Of a stretch of 64,000 nucleotides of DNA, positions 25,313 to 41,953 are shown one piece after another. Under the pieces are notes generated by a model that made no database searches, was not told the origin of the DNA, and saw only the letters and a list, made by a program, of their open reading frames with translations. Source of the DNA: Octopus vulgaris (lineage: Eukaryota); assembly GCA_951406725.2 (NCBI GenBank), contig OX597821.1, forward strand, positions 110,236,001 through 110,300,000, written 5' to 3'. How positions within the stretch are numbered: position 1 is the first letter of the stretch; each line of letters starts with the position of its first letter. The position numbers and the translations under genes were made by a program.

Positions 25313-25807
25313 AAGGGAGGAGGAATCGGAGGGAGTTGGCTATGGTGGACTTGACCGATACCTAGTATATCACTGGTATCTTGTCATCGAATCCAGAGGG
25401 ATGCCGTCCTCGGTATATAGGTTTCAAATCCGGAATACAGTTGATGTGACTAAGAGCTGAAGGCACTTTGTATATAATCTCACCGATTGTGTCACCATCA
25501 CCAAATACAAATGACGCTCACATACACTAACACACACACACACACACGAAAGTGTGTAGACAGTGGTTAGAGAGTTGGTTTGACGATCGTGAAGTCGTGG
25601 GTTCGATTCCTCGACGAGGTGATGCCATAAGTCTTTGACCAAAATATGTTCATTTCTACTCAGGTGCAAATGAATACCAGTTGGTCCACTTCCTCTGGCA
25701 GCTTGAAGAAAAAATATACACGCATACACACGTACATAGATATACAGATATACACACACACACACATACAGATATACACACACATACAGATATACACACA
25801 CATACAG

Positions 25808-25908
<101 letters not shown>

Positions 25909-25984
25909 TACATACATGTTTTTAGGCTTTTGAGTTATAAGAAAAGGTTTGCTCGTTTATCTTATAGTTCGATATAGAAATCGG

Positions 25985-26540
25985 AAATTTAGTGTTGCAA
26001 ACTAGTTTTTCTGAACTGTTGTGTGTGTATGAGGTTTTGCATGCATAGGATAGCTTTGCAATAATAGCCAGTCGGCTGCATGTAGCGCGGCTCTGTTTTT
26101 AATACGTGGACTTGCTAATGATGTTGGCTTCTTTTATTCTCAGGTTGCCAATGTTTCATGCTGTAACATCATTGGATACCAGGATGTCGTGAGTGTTGCA
26201 TTTCCGTAGGTGTTTTTCCTCGACAGTAGAAGCATCCCCATTCACTCCACAGAACGAAACATTTGGAAACTGAAAGTAAAAGAAGCCATCATCATTAACA
26301 AGATCAATGCACATAATAACTACAGGACCGAGCTGCACGCAGCCGATAGGTTATTACTGCAATGTCACTTCACGCATGGAAGGGTTCTTCTAACCCAGCC
26401 ACAATATAACCACACGCATACACAACAGAGCAGAAATACTTGCTTTCAACGCCATATGTCCAACATCTTTTTCCTGAAAAAGGGGTCGTAACCCTGATAT
26501 ATTAAAACAATAAGTGTGAAACCATTGTCTTTTTATTTCT
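25985..26540 (+). mobile_element. Penelope-like element 3' end (GIY-YIG C-terminus plus pLTR) with inverted partial copy
   Basis: ERNIWKLKVKEAIIINK resembles the end of a PLE GIY-YIG endonuclease. Downstream CTGAAAAAGGGGTCGTAACCCTGATA is a decayed hammerhead. 25985-26085 is an inverted diverged copy of about 26335-26455. Confidence 0.6.
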
Positions 26541-28235
26541 TATAACTTGCATTGTTTTAACTTTTCAGACAGAGATACGAAAGATTTTATACATATGTAG
26601 ATTACCATTAGTAAAATTAATAACAACAACAATAATATAAGTGGCCGGTACAACCTTTGTTGACCACAGGTTGGGAACCATTGATCTAAAACGCTAAAGA
26701 TAACTTCAGCAGGACTGGAACCTGAAACGTAATGAAAATTCGCACAGTAGTTTGTGAGGTGCTTTAGTGATTCGGCCAGTAGGCATATCTCGAGTGAAGA
26801 TATTAGCAATGGTTTTATTGGTAATGTTGGCTCTGCTTTACGGATATTTTACCATACGTAAATGGAAGTCACCTTGGATCTGAGATATTTCATTGCCAAT
26901 CCCTTAACACGACGTGCTTATCCCTAATTAACAGGTCGTTAATTAATTGTGATTGTAGGCAGGTAAGTGGGGAGAGACACGCTGGAAGTTGGGAGAGGTA
27001 GGGAGAAATATAGAACGAAAGATTAAGAGAGGACAGAAAAGAAAAAAAGATGAGAAAACGAAAGTAAGAATGGTTAGAAAGAGAGAGAGAAAGAGAGAGA
27101 GAGGGAGAGGAGAGAGAGAAAGAGGGAGGTGATGAGAGATATAATTAGAAACATAGACAGATGGAAGATACAGATAAATAAGGATGTAGATGAATCGATA
27201 GAGGTTATATATACATACATATATTCGTATATATACATGTATGTACATGTATACAGACATAGATAACATAAATATGCATTAACATTCATTACTTGTACAT
27301 ACGTAGCTTACAAATACACTACATACTTACGCACACAAATATGCATTACGTATACATACATACACACACATGCATATAATTATACAAATAGTTGTGGATT
27401 TGTATAAAATAGATGTGCGTGTGTGTGTGTGTGTGACTCTGTGTGTGTGTCTGAAGAGAGAGAGAGAGAGAAAGAAAAAGAGGAGAGAGAGGGAGATAAA
27501 CATATATATCAATAGATAGATAGATAGATAGAAAGATAGACAGACAACAGATCATCAGGCACACGGACAGACAGACAGACAGACAGACATTAGTGATAAA
27601 TAAACCAGATATGCGACAAACAAAATTACGACTTCGTTAAGCGACCTTCCTATATTATAAAACAACATTAATTAATTAATTATTTCCAGAGAACGCGGAT
27701 TTTATTAATTGATTTTAATCAACACACTTGTGTTAATTAAAGCTGTTGCCATTATTATTATGCCATTAAGTTGTCATTATTGCCGTTTTAATGGAAGTAT
27801 GAAACAGTGAGGTGTGACAGACCGGCAGCCATGACAGGTTTTGCCATGACGCAGCCGTTTATATGTATGCGTGCATGTATGTATGTATGTATGTATGTAT
27901 GTATGCATGTATGTATGTTTGTATGTATGTATGTATGTATGTATGTATGTATGTATGTATGTACGCATGTATGTATGTATGTATGCATGTATGTATGTAT
28001 GTATGTATGCATGCATGCATGTATGTATGTATGTATGTATGTATGTATGTATGTATGTATGCATGCATGCATGTATGTATGTATGTTTGTATGTATGTAT
28101 GCACGTATGTATGTATGTATGCATGTATGTATGTATGTATGTATGCATGCATGTGTGTATGTATGTATGTATGTATGTATGCATGCATGTGTCTATGTTT
28201 GTATGTATGTATGTATGTCTTCGTGTTTTTAACTA

Positions 28236-28757
28236 CCGTAAATCCTCGAGTATAATCCGCATTGTTTTCCCAAAATTTAAAGGTCAAAATCCCTAGTGCG
28301 TACTATATACGACGTTAAAAATGAAAAATATTTTCTAAGCAATGTCCTAGTTTCTATTTGACGTCCGGCAATGTTTATTCAGATGCATTTTGTGATGTCG
28401 GGCGCGAAAATACCTTAAGCTAAGCCTGAAAGCAATGAAGTCATAAAAGAATCATCCATAACTTGCAATAGGCAACATTTATTAAAATAAAAGTATTCAG
28501 AACACAGAATAACATGTAACAAAAACAATTTGCAAACATATTTAAATTTCCATATAACAGTTAAGAACATCACCATTATTGTATTACGCATGCGCGGAAG
28601 TGTTTGTTCGGCTAGGTGCTGGTGGCTTAATTACGCACGACTGAAGTTAGAGAAGGGGTGCGTATTATACACAAGGTTTAGGTTTTTCAGATGTACAGCC
28701 CCCTAAAAATCCCCTGCGCATTATATTCAAGGGCAGACTATACTCGAGGATTTACGG
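28236..28757. mobile_element. pogo/Tc2-type MITE
   Basis: TA|CCGTAAATCCTCGAGTATA ... TATACTCGAGGATTTACGG|TA, perfect 19-bp TIRs with TA TSD. Confidence 0.92.
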
Positions 28758-28962
28758 TATTTATATTCCCCCTCCGATAAAGGAGTTGGTTTTTAACAAA
28801 GATAAAAAGCTGCGTCGCTGGAATGGAGATAGCAAAAACAATGTCGCATTTTAAACTTAACAAAAGTCTTGCATATTTTTATTGTTCCACTTGAAAATCA
28901 TATTTGTAGTGTGCGAGTTAGTTGGTTGATTTCTATTTCCGAAAACCCTTATGCACGTATGT

Positions 28963-29442
28963 ATGTCATTATTCAGTTTATTTCAAGATTTCTTGCCAGT
29001 AGAGAAAGAGCCAGTCTCTAACCTAGATCAAAGGTTCCTTCATTGGAATTTCAACATCAACAACAGGATATTTTTGTTTGTATGTATGTATGTATGTATG
29101 TATGTATGTATGTATGTATGTATGTATGTATGTAGGTAGGTATGTATGTATGTATGTATGTATGCATGCATGCATGTATGTATGTATGTATGTATGCAGA
29201 TTTGTATGCTTCATGCATATATTCTCATGCATATAGTTGCATATCTAGACATGCTCATATATATTTAAATGATAAACTTCTGGAAAGTTTTATAAATTTT
29301 TACAGTTCTAGTGATGGATTGGATCTGCAGTCTTCGAATTAGCTTTCTTCTTTCTTGTTTTGCGAAGCCTAATTTCTCAAGATTGGAATTTAGGCAGTGT
29401 GTTACATATCCCAGACCCCAATAATTACAGATATAAACCTGC
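28963..29442 (-). mobile_element. 3' fragment of an RLE-type (R4/NeSL-like) LINE embedded in (CATA)n
   Basis: Minus strand: RFISVIIGSG..LEKLGFAKQERRKLIRRLQIQSITRTVKIYKTFQKFII* followed by a 3' UTR containing (CATA)n; homologous to 58013-58530. Confidence 0.7.
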
Positions 29443-29906
29443 ATGTATGTATGTATGTATGTATGTATGTATGTATGTATGTATGTATGTATGTATGTAT
29501 GTATGTATGTATGTATGTATATAGGATCACCTAATGAAAGAATGATTGTGACTCAAGCTCTCAGTTCAAATTCATAACAGTGAACTTGGATGGCAACGGA
29601 GAATCGTGAGAATCCATACAAGCAGTGGGTCTGTACATTTATCGCCGATTCCGCAGAAGCACTGAAGAAGTGTACATTACAATCTTCAGGTCACGTTGAT
29701 CTCCAAATGTCACTGAAACTCTCAAGAAAAATCCATGTCTTCGTGACTCGAATTTTTACAATTTCTTTTTATTTATTTATTTATATATGGATGCCATGTT
29801 ACTTCCTAAGACAAAGGTATCAATGTCGATATTTGTATTGCCATCGCCGTTGTTGTCGTTGTCGTCCACGTGACCAGTATCAACACAGTGTCGTCACTAG
29901 CTATCA

Positions 29907-29921
29907 ATGTCATCGTCATCG

Positions 29922-29986
<65 letters not shown>

Positions 29987-30090
29987 GTCATCGTCATCGT
30001 CATTGTCATCGTCATCATCATCATCATCATAATCATCATCATCAACAGTAGCAACAACACCATAGCATCACCATCATCAGCATCCTCATC

Positions 30091-30157
<67 letters not shown>

Positions 30158-30244
30158 ATACTTTCATCATCGTCGTCGTCGTCATCGTGAGCAGTAACTG
30201 AGTCAGCAATCCCACGACCACTAACGCCGCCGTTGACATTATTG

Positions 30245-30277
<33 letters not shown>

Positions 30278-30670
30278 CCATCATCATCGTCGTCAACATC
30301 ATCATCATCATTATCATCGTCATCATCATTATCATCATCATCGTCATCATCATCATAATCATCACCTTCACCGTCATCATCACCACCATCACTACAACGG
30401 CGACGACCACCACTTTCATCACCATGATGATGATGATCATCATCATCATCGTCATCCTCCTCCTCATCATCATCATCATCACCAATGCCATCACTATAAC
30501 CACCACAACTCTCAGCAGCAGCATCATCTCCATCATCAATCACCATAAAGATCGTCGGCACCGACTTCGTCCCTCATGAGCATCAGCATCAACATCTTCT
30601 TGGTGATACTGGAGTGGTGATGACGATGGCGATGATGATGGCGAAAGTTATCGTCGTCGTCGTCGTGATT
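29907..30670. repeat. Long degenerate (CAT/CGT/CAC)n array
   Basis: Directly visible; source of spurious poly-D/H/M ORFs. Confidence 0.93.
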
Positions 30671-30832
30671 GTGATGGCAGTTGTCGAGTGTTAGCGACGC
30701 GTGTGTGTATCTGTGTCCATACACATGTTTAGGTGTATATGTATGTGTGTGTGTGTCTGTGTGTGTATTTGAGTGGGAGGCGAATGAGTTTAACCTGCCA
30801 CTGTATCCTTCCCCAAACATCACTAGCTCCCC

Positions 30833-30878
<46 letters not shown>

Positions 30879-30999
30879 ATTCTCTTTTTTCTCACTTCCC
30901 CAAAACTTTCTGTCTAATTCCCCCCTCTTCTTTCTCTGTCTTTCTGCATATGCATATGTGTGTGTGCAAATGAATATGTATATGTTATGTATATATGAC

Positions 31000-31064
<65 letters not shown>

Positions 31065-31949
31065 TATATATATATGCATATATATATATAAATATATATA
31101 TATACATATATATGTATATATATATATACATATATATATATACATATATATATATGCACACACATATATATATATACATATATATACATATATATATATA
31201 CATACATATATATATATATACATGTATATATATATACATATATATATATATACGCACACATATATATATACATATATATAAATACATATATACATATATA
31301 TATATATACATATATATATATACATATATATATACATATATATATGTATATATACATGTGTATATATATATATACACACATACACATATATGTAAGTATA
31401 TGTATATACATATATATATATATACTCATTTTTTCTCTTTCTATATATATATATATATGCACATATAGATAAAAGCATATATATATATATATATATATAT
31501 GTATTTATATGTATATTTCTGCACATATTACATATATATAAATCACACACATATATGAGTGTATATGTACATATATGTATAAATATATATACATACATAT
31601 GTACATACACACGCATATATACACACATATAAGATGTCTAATTCTTTAAACGGTTTCTCCTTTCTCCTCTCAGTAGTTAGCGTAGCGTCTAGAATTTCTC
31701 AAGACTTCTCTGGAATAAATACAATCAGTTTCCTGACATATTCCAACTTCAAAGAGAAATATAAAACCAAAAAATGTCGATTCTTATCGGGTTTCCCTTA
31801 CCGTTTCTAAAAGAAAAAAAAGACATACAAAGACAAAAAAAAAATGAGACGCAAGAATGGAACAGAAATATCTCTGGAAAACAGAGCTCAGAAAAATACA
31901 TGATGAGGTAGATGATTCAGGGAGGTGCTGATATTTGTCAGGAGAAGAC

Positions 31950-32010
31950 TAAGCTTTTCTGATGAGGCTTAATAAGATCGAAACAAGTCCGTGGTTATCC
32001 AGAAGTCTGC
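31950..32010 (+). ncRNA. Hammerhead-core-like motif, degenerate
   Basis: GCTTTT-CTGATGA-GGCTTAATAAGATC-GAAAC-AAGTC..AGAAGT; stems are imperfect. Confidence 0.35.
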
Positions 32011-32397
32011 TTTCAAAGATTAGATTTTCCCCTTAAGTACAAAAATGAAATTTTAATCTTTTTTAAATCGTCACTCCTGCTTTTTTGTGTTTGTTAGTAG
32101 CTCACAATTTTGTAAGGTACAATACTTGCGTTTTCCTTTACCTACTTTGAGATGAAGTTTTGTTTATTGAGAATTATTTCTGAATTTATCGTTCAATGCA
32201 TTCATCGTTCAATGAGCAACGTAAATTCTAAGTTTATAATTCTCTTTATCTGTTTATGTATATTTTTACTTCTTTTTTTTTTTCTGTCATTTCGATGGGA
32301 TTTCAACTTATTGAGGCGCGAAGCTGAGTATCTTGACATTTTAGTTCAGTTTCCTAACATTTCTGCTCGCCATTAATTTTACTGTAATAATAATACA

Positions 32398-32760
32398 AAA
32401 CAAGAGCACTCAGAAAGTGCAAACCTCCGCCATGGTATCACCAACGTCCTCTCAACGATTAGCCAGAGATGATTTTTAAAATGAGGATATCTGAAATAAA
32501 CTCGACTGCTCTCACAAACAAGAATACTAAAAATGAACCCGACCGCTTTCAAAAATTAAAAAAACAGGAAAAATAATCCAGAATCCTTGTTCAGTACCGG
32601 ATCGATCCCAAAATCTAACCAGTTTGTGCCAGGCACGAGGTCAAACATCCCTGATAGTTTCATCAAAGTCTATTCAGTGGTTTTTGCGATATCTTGTCCA
32701 CGGTCAAACAAACAAACGCGACTGAAAACAATACCCACGCCTTCGCTAACGGAGATAATA
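32398..32760. mobile_element. Helentron-associated (HINE/DINE-1-like) non-autonomous element
   Basis: Subterminal ACCTCCGCC repeat at one end and terminal stem-loop C.CGCCTTCGCTAA.CGGAG at the other; second copy at 54646-54977. Confidence 0.6.
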
Positions 32761-33064
32761 AGCTGACGCCGTAGATATTCTACAATTTAAAGAGAAGCAA
32801 CCACACAAGTATTAAAGATCAAAATGACATTTTAAACAATTTATATTTATTATATACAAGTGTTTGACAAAATAATGGAAACAGCAAATTTTATTCCACT
32901 TTGTTTTGTATTGGCAATATGACGCATTCAGAATTATTCTAGTTTGAATATTTGTGTTCATATGCAATATGTATGCCTTGTATTTATTGATAGAACTCTG
33001 AGTTTTCATTTTTTTTATTATTTAAATATTTGCAGTTATCTATATTTGAATAAGCTGATAGTCG

Positions 33065-33975
33065 TAACATCTGATTTTCAAGGAGAAATTATTGGAGCGG
33101 AGATGGCTGGAGCATCAGTCACTAGAACTACAGAATTGTTTAATGCTTCGAAAGTTAGTCTGTAATAGGATACTGGCATTCCAAAGCCTAAGTAAATTAG
33201 CTCTGCCAAGCATAATTCATGACGGAAATCAAAGCTAGCAGAGTGGGGCAGTAGGAGAAAGAAACGAATTTTGTCTAAACGCCACCAAAATTTGACAGCA
33301 AAATGACAATAGAGCTAACCCACTACCTAACCAATCCTGTGGCGTCTTGAGCTCCATAAAGCTGGATGGCATGGAAGATGGACAATTGTTAAACCTCTCC
33401 TGTCCCCCATCAACACTGAAGAGTGAGAAAATGGTGCCTAGACTATCAGAAATGGTAAACTGCTCAGCGGAACAATATCCTCTATGATTACAAGGCGGCG
33501 AGCTGGCAGAAACTTTAGCATGACGGACTTTACGTTCTGAGTTCGAATTCCGCCGAGGTCGATTTTGCTTTTCATCCTTTCGGGGTCGATAAATTAAGTG
33601 CCAGCTGCGTACTGAGGTCGATTTGATCGACTGGACCCCCTCTCCTAAAATTTAGGGCCTTGTGCCCAGAGTAAGAAAGAATGTCCTCTCTGATGAAACT
33701 TCATTCACCATTTCTCACTTCGGAGCGAGTTTATGTTTAAAGACAGATCAAACAAGCATTTGATCCTGACTGATTGGCCCCTATCCTGAAGAATGGAGGT
33801 AGATCCCTTTGGACTTCGGCAGCAGCTATATCACGGTATTCTCTTGACCCTGTAATTGTTCTATATGGCAGAGTTAACGCCTAGGATTATTCGAGTATTT
33901 TGGTCGATCATGTCACTCTTATGATACTAACATTGTTTCCTAATGTCAGTACAATCTTCCACGACGATAATACAA
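33065..33975 (+). pseudogene. Tc1-type transposase remnant with inserted SINE (33494-33680)
   Basis: IIGAEMAGASVTRT, LHKAG..KPLLS, SDETSF, KNGG..GRVNA.DYSSILVDHV..IFHDDN. SINE TSD AATATCCTCTATGAT/AATGTCCTCTCTGAT. Confidence 0.8.
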
Positions 33976-33981
33976 ACTTCT

Positions 33982-34106
<125 letters not shown>

Positions 34107-34112
34107 TATTAC

Positions 34113-34153
<41 letters not shown>

Positions 34154-34164
34154 GTATTAGTATT

Positions 34165-34335
34165 GATACATCGATTAGAAAGCATTTTTTCTTCTTGATC
34201 TCTGACAACTATATCTGGCCTATTGGCCTTAGTTTCTCTATCTCTGTGTATTGACATGTCCCAGAGTACGGTTGCTTCCTCATTTTCTGTGACCTTTTCT
34301 GGCGTGTGCCTATACCATCTTTTTGCTGTTGCTAA
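34165..34335 (-). mobile_element. R4/Dong LINE RLE-domain fragment between (TAA)n tracts
   Basis: WYRHTPEKVTENEEATVLWDMSIHRDRETKANRPDIVVRDQ. Confidence 0.85.
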
Positions 34336-34343
34336 TATTATTA

Positions 34344-34434
<91 letters not shown>

Positions 34435-34659
34435 CATCATCATCATCATTATTCAAAATTGGTTTTAATGCGGCGAGCTGGCAGAATCGTTACCGCGCTG
34501 GGCAAAATGCTTAGCGGTATTTCGTCCGTCTTTACGTTCTGATTTAAAATACTGCCGAGTTTGACTTTGCTTTTCATTTTTTCGGTGTAAATAAGTACCA
34601 AAAAGTCTCTCCACAGTATTTTATTGCAAAATAAATATTTATAAGATGGTATAAGACTA

Positions 34660-35075
34660 CAAAAGAATATAATAGACTTTACAAGACTCCAGAAAAACTT
34701 TATAAGAGGTGTTGAAATACATAAGCTGACTCTTCTCCACATGTTTTGAAATACATCTTGGAGAGTCTGATGTGGAATGGACCGTGTGAAGGTTATAATT
34801 GCGTCTTTTAGCTCATTAATGGTTTTTCGGGTGATTCTTGTACACTGGTCCTTTATTTGCAGTCTGGCAGTGTTAAATCAGGTGATCTTGGTGGCCAAAG
34901 TCCCTTCGAAACAATCTGTTCACCGATAAACTCTTGAAGTAACGCCACGGTGATGCGCAAAGTATATGCTGTAGCTCCATCTTGCTGAAAGTATGCATCA
35001 TTACTTTCACTTTCAGTGAGTTGGCCTACAAATGGATAGACAATATTTGAGCAATATCTCTCGGTGTTGATGGTG
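34660..35075 (-). pseudogene. Tc1/mariner (rosa-like DDxD) transposase C-terminal fragment
   Basis: TINTERY..YFQQDGATAYT..GLWPPRSPDLTLPD; 38 residues lie between the last two aspartates. Confidence 0.8.
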
Positions 35076-35556
35076 GAGGGGAAGTCTTCAAAAAGTTCAC
35101 TGCGGAGAGACTTTTTGAACATCCGGTATGTACCTAACTGAAATAGGCACAGGGAGTATTGTGGTTCACTGACATTCTTGCTAACACCTATCCTGCATGA
35201 CCGCAGCCCAATAAGTGAGACCAGCGAAAAGAATTCTTTAAAAAAAAGTGGAATGTTCGTGATTGCAAAGCGGGATTCTCTACTACAAAGAGATGCCTGC
35301 AGCTATGGTAACAGGATAAAAAAAAGGAAAAAATTCTGCCGCTACATGAAATTGAACCAGGAAATATTTGACTGAGAACGAGTTTCTTGACATCACAAGT
35401 ACGTTTAGGCCGATGGTAAAACATGCAAATTCTTTGTAATGTGAGAAAGAGACACTGACTTGGTTAAGAGAAATCTCAACAATGATGTACACACCACACA
35501 CACCAACATATATACATACATACATACATACATACATACATACATACATACATACA

Positions 35557-35589
<33 letters not shown>

Positions 35590-35665
35590 GTATATATAAA
35601 AACAATTTGTGTAGCCCTCAATGAATCATTATATCTTTCTTCTCTCCCGTGTGTATATATATATA

Positions 35666-37062
<1,397 letters not shown>

Positions 37063-37139
37063 TATATATGTATATATGTATATATATGTGTGTGTGTGTG
37101 TGTGAGCGTGAGTGTGTGTGTGTCTGTGTGTGTCTGTGT

Positions 37140-37180
<41 letters not shown>

Positions 37181-37314
37181 AACACACACATAAAGAGAAA
37201 GCAAGCGTTAAAGAATAAAAGAGAGAAGATGAAACTGAAACAGATAGAGAGGCAAAAAGCTAAGAAAGAGAGAGAAAGACAGAAAGAAAGAAAGAACGAA
37301 AGAAGGAAGGGAAG

Positions 37315-37349
<35 letters not shown>

Positions 37350-37559
37350 CAAGCACACACGTACAAGAAAATTTATATGTACATACATTTGTTGATGTAC
37401 TCAGAGAAGAGAGAGAAAGAAAGAGAGTGAGAGAGAGGGAAAGAAAGAGGGAGAGAGAAGTTGGCTCTTGTAAACAATTGCATCTATTTTTATATATAAT
37501 CCATGTAGCCATAGATGCTAGGAAAAAAATGATAGATCGATAAGAGTGAAGAAGAGAAA

Positions 37560-37624
<65 letters not shown>

Positions 37625-37650
37625 TAGATAGAGACAGACAGATAGACAGG

Positions 37651-37694
<44 letters not shown>

Positions 37695-37739
37695 CAGATA
37701 GACAGACAGACAGGCAGACAGACAGAGAAACAGAGAGAC

Positions 37740-37830
<91 letters not shown>

Positions 37831-37867
37831 CAGATAGATAGATAGACAGACAGACAGAGAAACAGAC

Positions 37868-37946
<79 letters not shown>

Positions 37947-37973
37947 CAGACAGACGGAGACAGACAGATAAAG

Positions 37974-38075
<102 letters not shown>

Positions 38076-38486
38076 GCTTTATTGACAGAATTGCCAGTCG
38101 ATTGGCGTTGGAAATGCTTAATACCTACAGGAAATTGGTCTGGAAGAAACGTGCTTCGTAAAGGATTTGTCAGTCTTGGAGATACTCATTTGAAAGAGCT
38201 CAACTGTTAATGGAAATTGGCGAACATTTCATAGACCCACAACCTCCCACCAACACACCCACCTCTCTCTTCCTCTCTCAGTCTCTCTCTCTCTCTCTCT
38301 CTTCCATTCCTTCTTCCGTTCTTTCTTTCTTTCTGTCTTTCTCTCTCCTTCTTAGCTTTTTGCCTCTCTATCTGTTTCAGTTTCATTTTCTCTTTTTTTT
38401 TCTCTTTAACGCTTGCTTTCTCTTTATATTTGTCTTTGTTTAATGCCTGCTTCTTCCTTTCTCACTTTCATGCATCTCACACATAA

Positions 38487-38547
<61 letters not shown>

Positions 38548-39139
38548 ACACACACACACACGAACGCGTACGCACGTACACATGCACATACTTAAATTGA
38601 CACGCGCGTTTTTTTGTTCAGCTCCAGTTCTCTTGCCGCATCTCTCTCTCTCTTTCTCTCTCTCTCATTTTCTCTCTCTCTATCTGTCTATCGATTTATC
38701 TATCTGTTTGCCTCACTCACTCTCTCTCTCTCTTTCTCTTTCTCATACTCATTCTTTCTTTCTTTCATTGTCTTCCTCTCCCTATATATATGCTTTCTTC
38801 TTTCTCTACGCATTTGCATATACGTATTATGTATGTATATGTGTGTGCATGTCCTCGATATACATGTATACGTACATACCCGCAAACACATATATGTATA
38901 TGCATATATACAACACACGCACACACTCACACATTTATAGATATAATGTATACAGAGAGAGAGAGAGAGGGGGAGGGAGAGAGAGACATGCAGACAAACA
39001 GAGAGACAGAGAGTAAAAGAGAAACACGTTTGGGGTAATGAACGGAAGAAAAGTACTTAATACTAGTGGGAGAGTATAGTTAACATTTTATTTGAGAAAT
39101 TAATCTTTAGTCGTTAATCAAGGTTACTCGTCTTAGTAA

Positions 39140-39390
39140 CGAAAGCCATCAGAGGAGGCGTGAACTTGCGCCGAAGAAGCAGGTGTTTTGAAGACAATGC
39201 GAAGATGAAGGAAGCTATGACAAGGGACTCAGACTCCTTCATTTTGAGATGACTTGTATGAGGACTTCACGAAGTGGCTATGGTGCTACAAGTGAATTGA
39301 GGACAGAGGGTCCTACTCTGAAGGAGGTTAGATTTTAGTACTCCTTAGAAATTAACGTCTCTCCTGGAAAATTCTTAGAGATAGCTGCTA
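39140..39390 (+). mobile_element. mariner 3' end fragment, decayed
   Basis: RCFEDNAKMKEAMT..DFTKWL..IEDRGSYSEG resembles a mariner C-terminus. Confidence 0.5.
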
Positions 39391-39608
39391 AACTCCTTTG
39401 TTAGTTGTGAGGAAGTAGATAGTTACATAGGTAAATAGGTATCTATATAGTTTGATAGACAGAAGAGAAAATCTTAAAGATATATTCGGACAAAAGGCAG
39501 GTAATTGTATATGGAAACAGGTACTTAAGGATAAATATCACGAGCTACATACGCATGCAATATAGATTCATATACAAGTGTATAATAATGTAGAATAATT
39601 GCAGGTTA

Positions 39609-39675
<67 letters not shown>

Positions 39676-39678
39676 ATA

Positions 39679-39754
<76 letters not shown>

Positions 39755-40403
39755 AAGAAGGCAGAAATTGGAGAAATATTACTTATTAATTCAAAACAAA
39801 TAGACTGTTTCGAATTAATAAATAATATTTTCAATTGTTGTTCATCGATATTTCTCCATTAAATTTTGGTTCTTGATAAACCCATGTTTATCCTTGTCTT
39901 TACCCATAATTTATGAGCATTATTATGCTTGCATATGTATACCCATGGTTAAACATACGTAATATACCGGTAGTGCAATGGATATTTCTATCCCTTAGAC
40001 GGTTATTTTAACCTTTCAGTTAAATTCTTATATATATATAATTATTTGAAGGAATATTATTCCTAACTTACAGGGAAAAAAATCAATTCAGAAATACTAA
40101 ATCAAATTTCACAAAATATATTATATATATAAAAATTAGAAAAAATCTATCTTTTATCAATTCAATACACCATCTAGAAAATTATATATAATAGAAATAT
40201 TAAAACAATAATATACCAATGATTAAGTAAATTGTAAAATAATAATAAAACCAACTATATACGTTTTTATTATTATTTTGCAATTTACTTAATCATTGGT
40301 ATATTATTGTTATTTTAATTTTAATATTTCTATTATATGTAATTTTCTCGATGGTGTAAATTAATTGTTCATTTTGAATTGACAAAAGGTGTTTTTTTTC
40401 TAA

Positions 40404-40448
<45 letters not shown>

Positions 40449-40744
40449 GTGTGTGTGTGTGTATACATACATATATATACATATACACACACACATATAC
40501 AGAGAAAGGCGAGTATGACATTATGTTTGTGTACAGGTGCGTATGAACAATTTTAGATGTCGAATTAAAAAAAAACTAAGCTTACCCACTTGAGTATTCT
40601 TTATTTTTATACTCTACGTAAATTTATCTACGCGCATCTTCGTTTTGGGATCACCACTACTTTATTATCTCCCCTTCTTCCAGGCTCTTCTGTGTGAGGC
40701 CTCTGTCCGGCATTCGCCATGATAGATCCCTGTTTATTTCTGTG

Positions 40745-40785
40745 TTCCTTTCTGTCGAAGAGCGTAGGCTCGAAACGTAAAAGAT
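40745..40785 (+). ncRNA. Minimal hammerhead-like motif in pLTR remnant (~40640-40870)
   Basis: CTTT-CTGTCGA-A-GAGC-GTAG-GCTC-GAAACGT-A-AAAG. Confidence 0.6.
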
Positions 40786-40866
40786 TTTCTCACCTCTCGA
40801 ACGTTAAACTAGTACATCTGTTTGTTGCTTATACACGCGTGTTTGTATTTTGTTTTTTCTAAATTC

Positions 40867-40909
<43 letters not shown>

Positions 40910-41451
40910 TTATTCTTTTCTTTGTTTCACTCATTTGACTGCTGGCATGCTGGAGCACCACCTTCAGTCGAGCACATCGACCCCAGGACTTATTCTTTGT
41001 AAGCCTACTACTTATTCTATCGTCTCTTTTTCCATAGCATTAAGTTACGGGGACGTCAGCACACCAGCATTGGTTGCCAGGTGATGTTGGGGGGGGGGGA
41101 CAAATACACACACACACACACATATGCAAGCTCACCGCCATTCACATTATACACTTACACACACCATACTCACATACACGCCCATGCCTTCGCATCCTAT
41201 TTCAGCTGCGTCAAAGTTATTATCTCCCTTTTACTCAGCCTCTTCCTTCCGGTCATTTCATCGTATTTAATCTTTAAGATTAAGATTAATGTAAAAGATT
41301 AATAACGCTGAAGCAAAGTAACACCAAACATATAGTGCGTGCGTTTGATTGGTTAAACTGGCAAAATCACCATTCCTAAATACAACAATATCTGTTTCAA
41401 CGCACGAGTTCACATCAAAAATCTTGCAAAACAAATATTTATATATATACT

Positions 41452-41520
<69 letters not shown>

Positions 41521-41738
41521 TTGTAAGTATGTGTTAATCTGTAGCTTTCTTTCCATTTTATATATATTTAGTATATTATATTTTATGTGTGTATTTGTGT
41601 GTGTGTGTGTGTGTACATTTGTAGATAGAGAAAGAGGTACGAAACATACGTAATTATGCATTTATAAACTTTACTGGATAGACAAATAGATAGATAGATG
41701 GATATTTAGATAGATAGATATATAGACAGATAGATAGG

Positions 41739-41774
<36 letters not shown>

Positions 41775-41796
41775 CAGATAGATAGAAAGATAGATG

Positions 41797-41835
<39 letters not shown>

Positions 41836-41836
41836 G

Positions 41837-41953
<117 letters not shown>

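Noticed and set aside
29806-30561. 251-aa acidic poly-Asp ORF
   Set aside because: Degenerate (GAT)n array open in several frames; no splice or start context.
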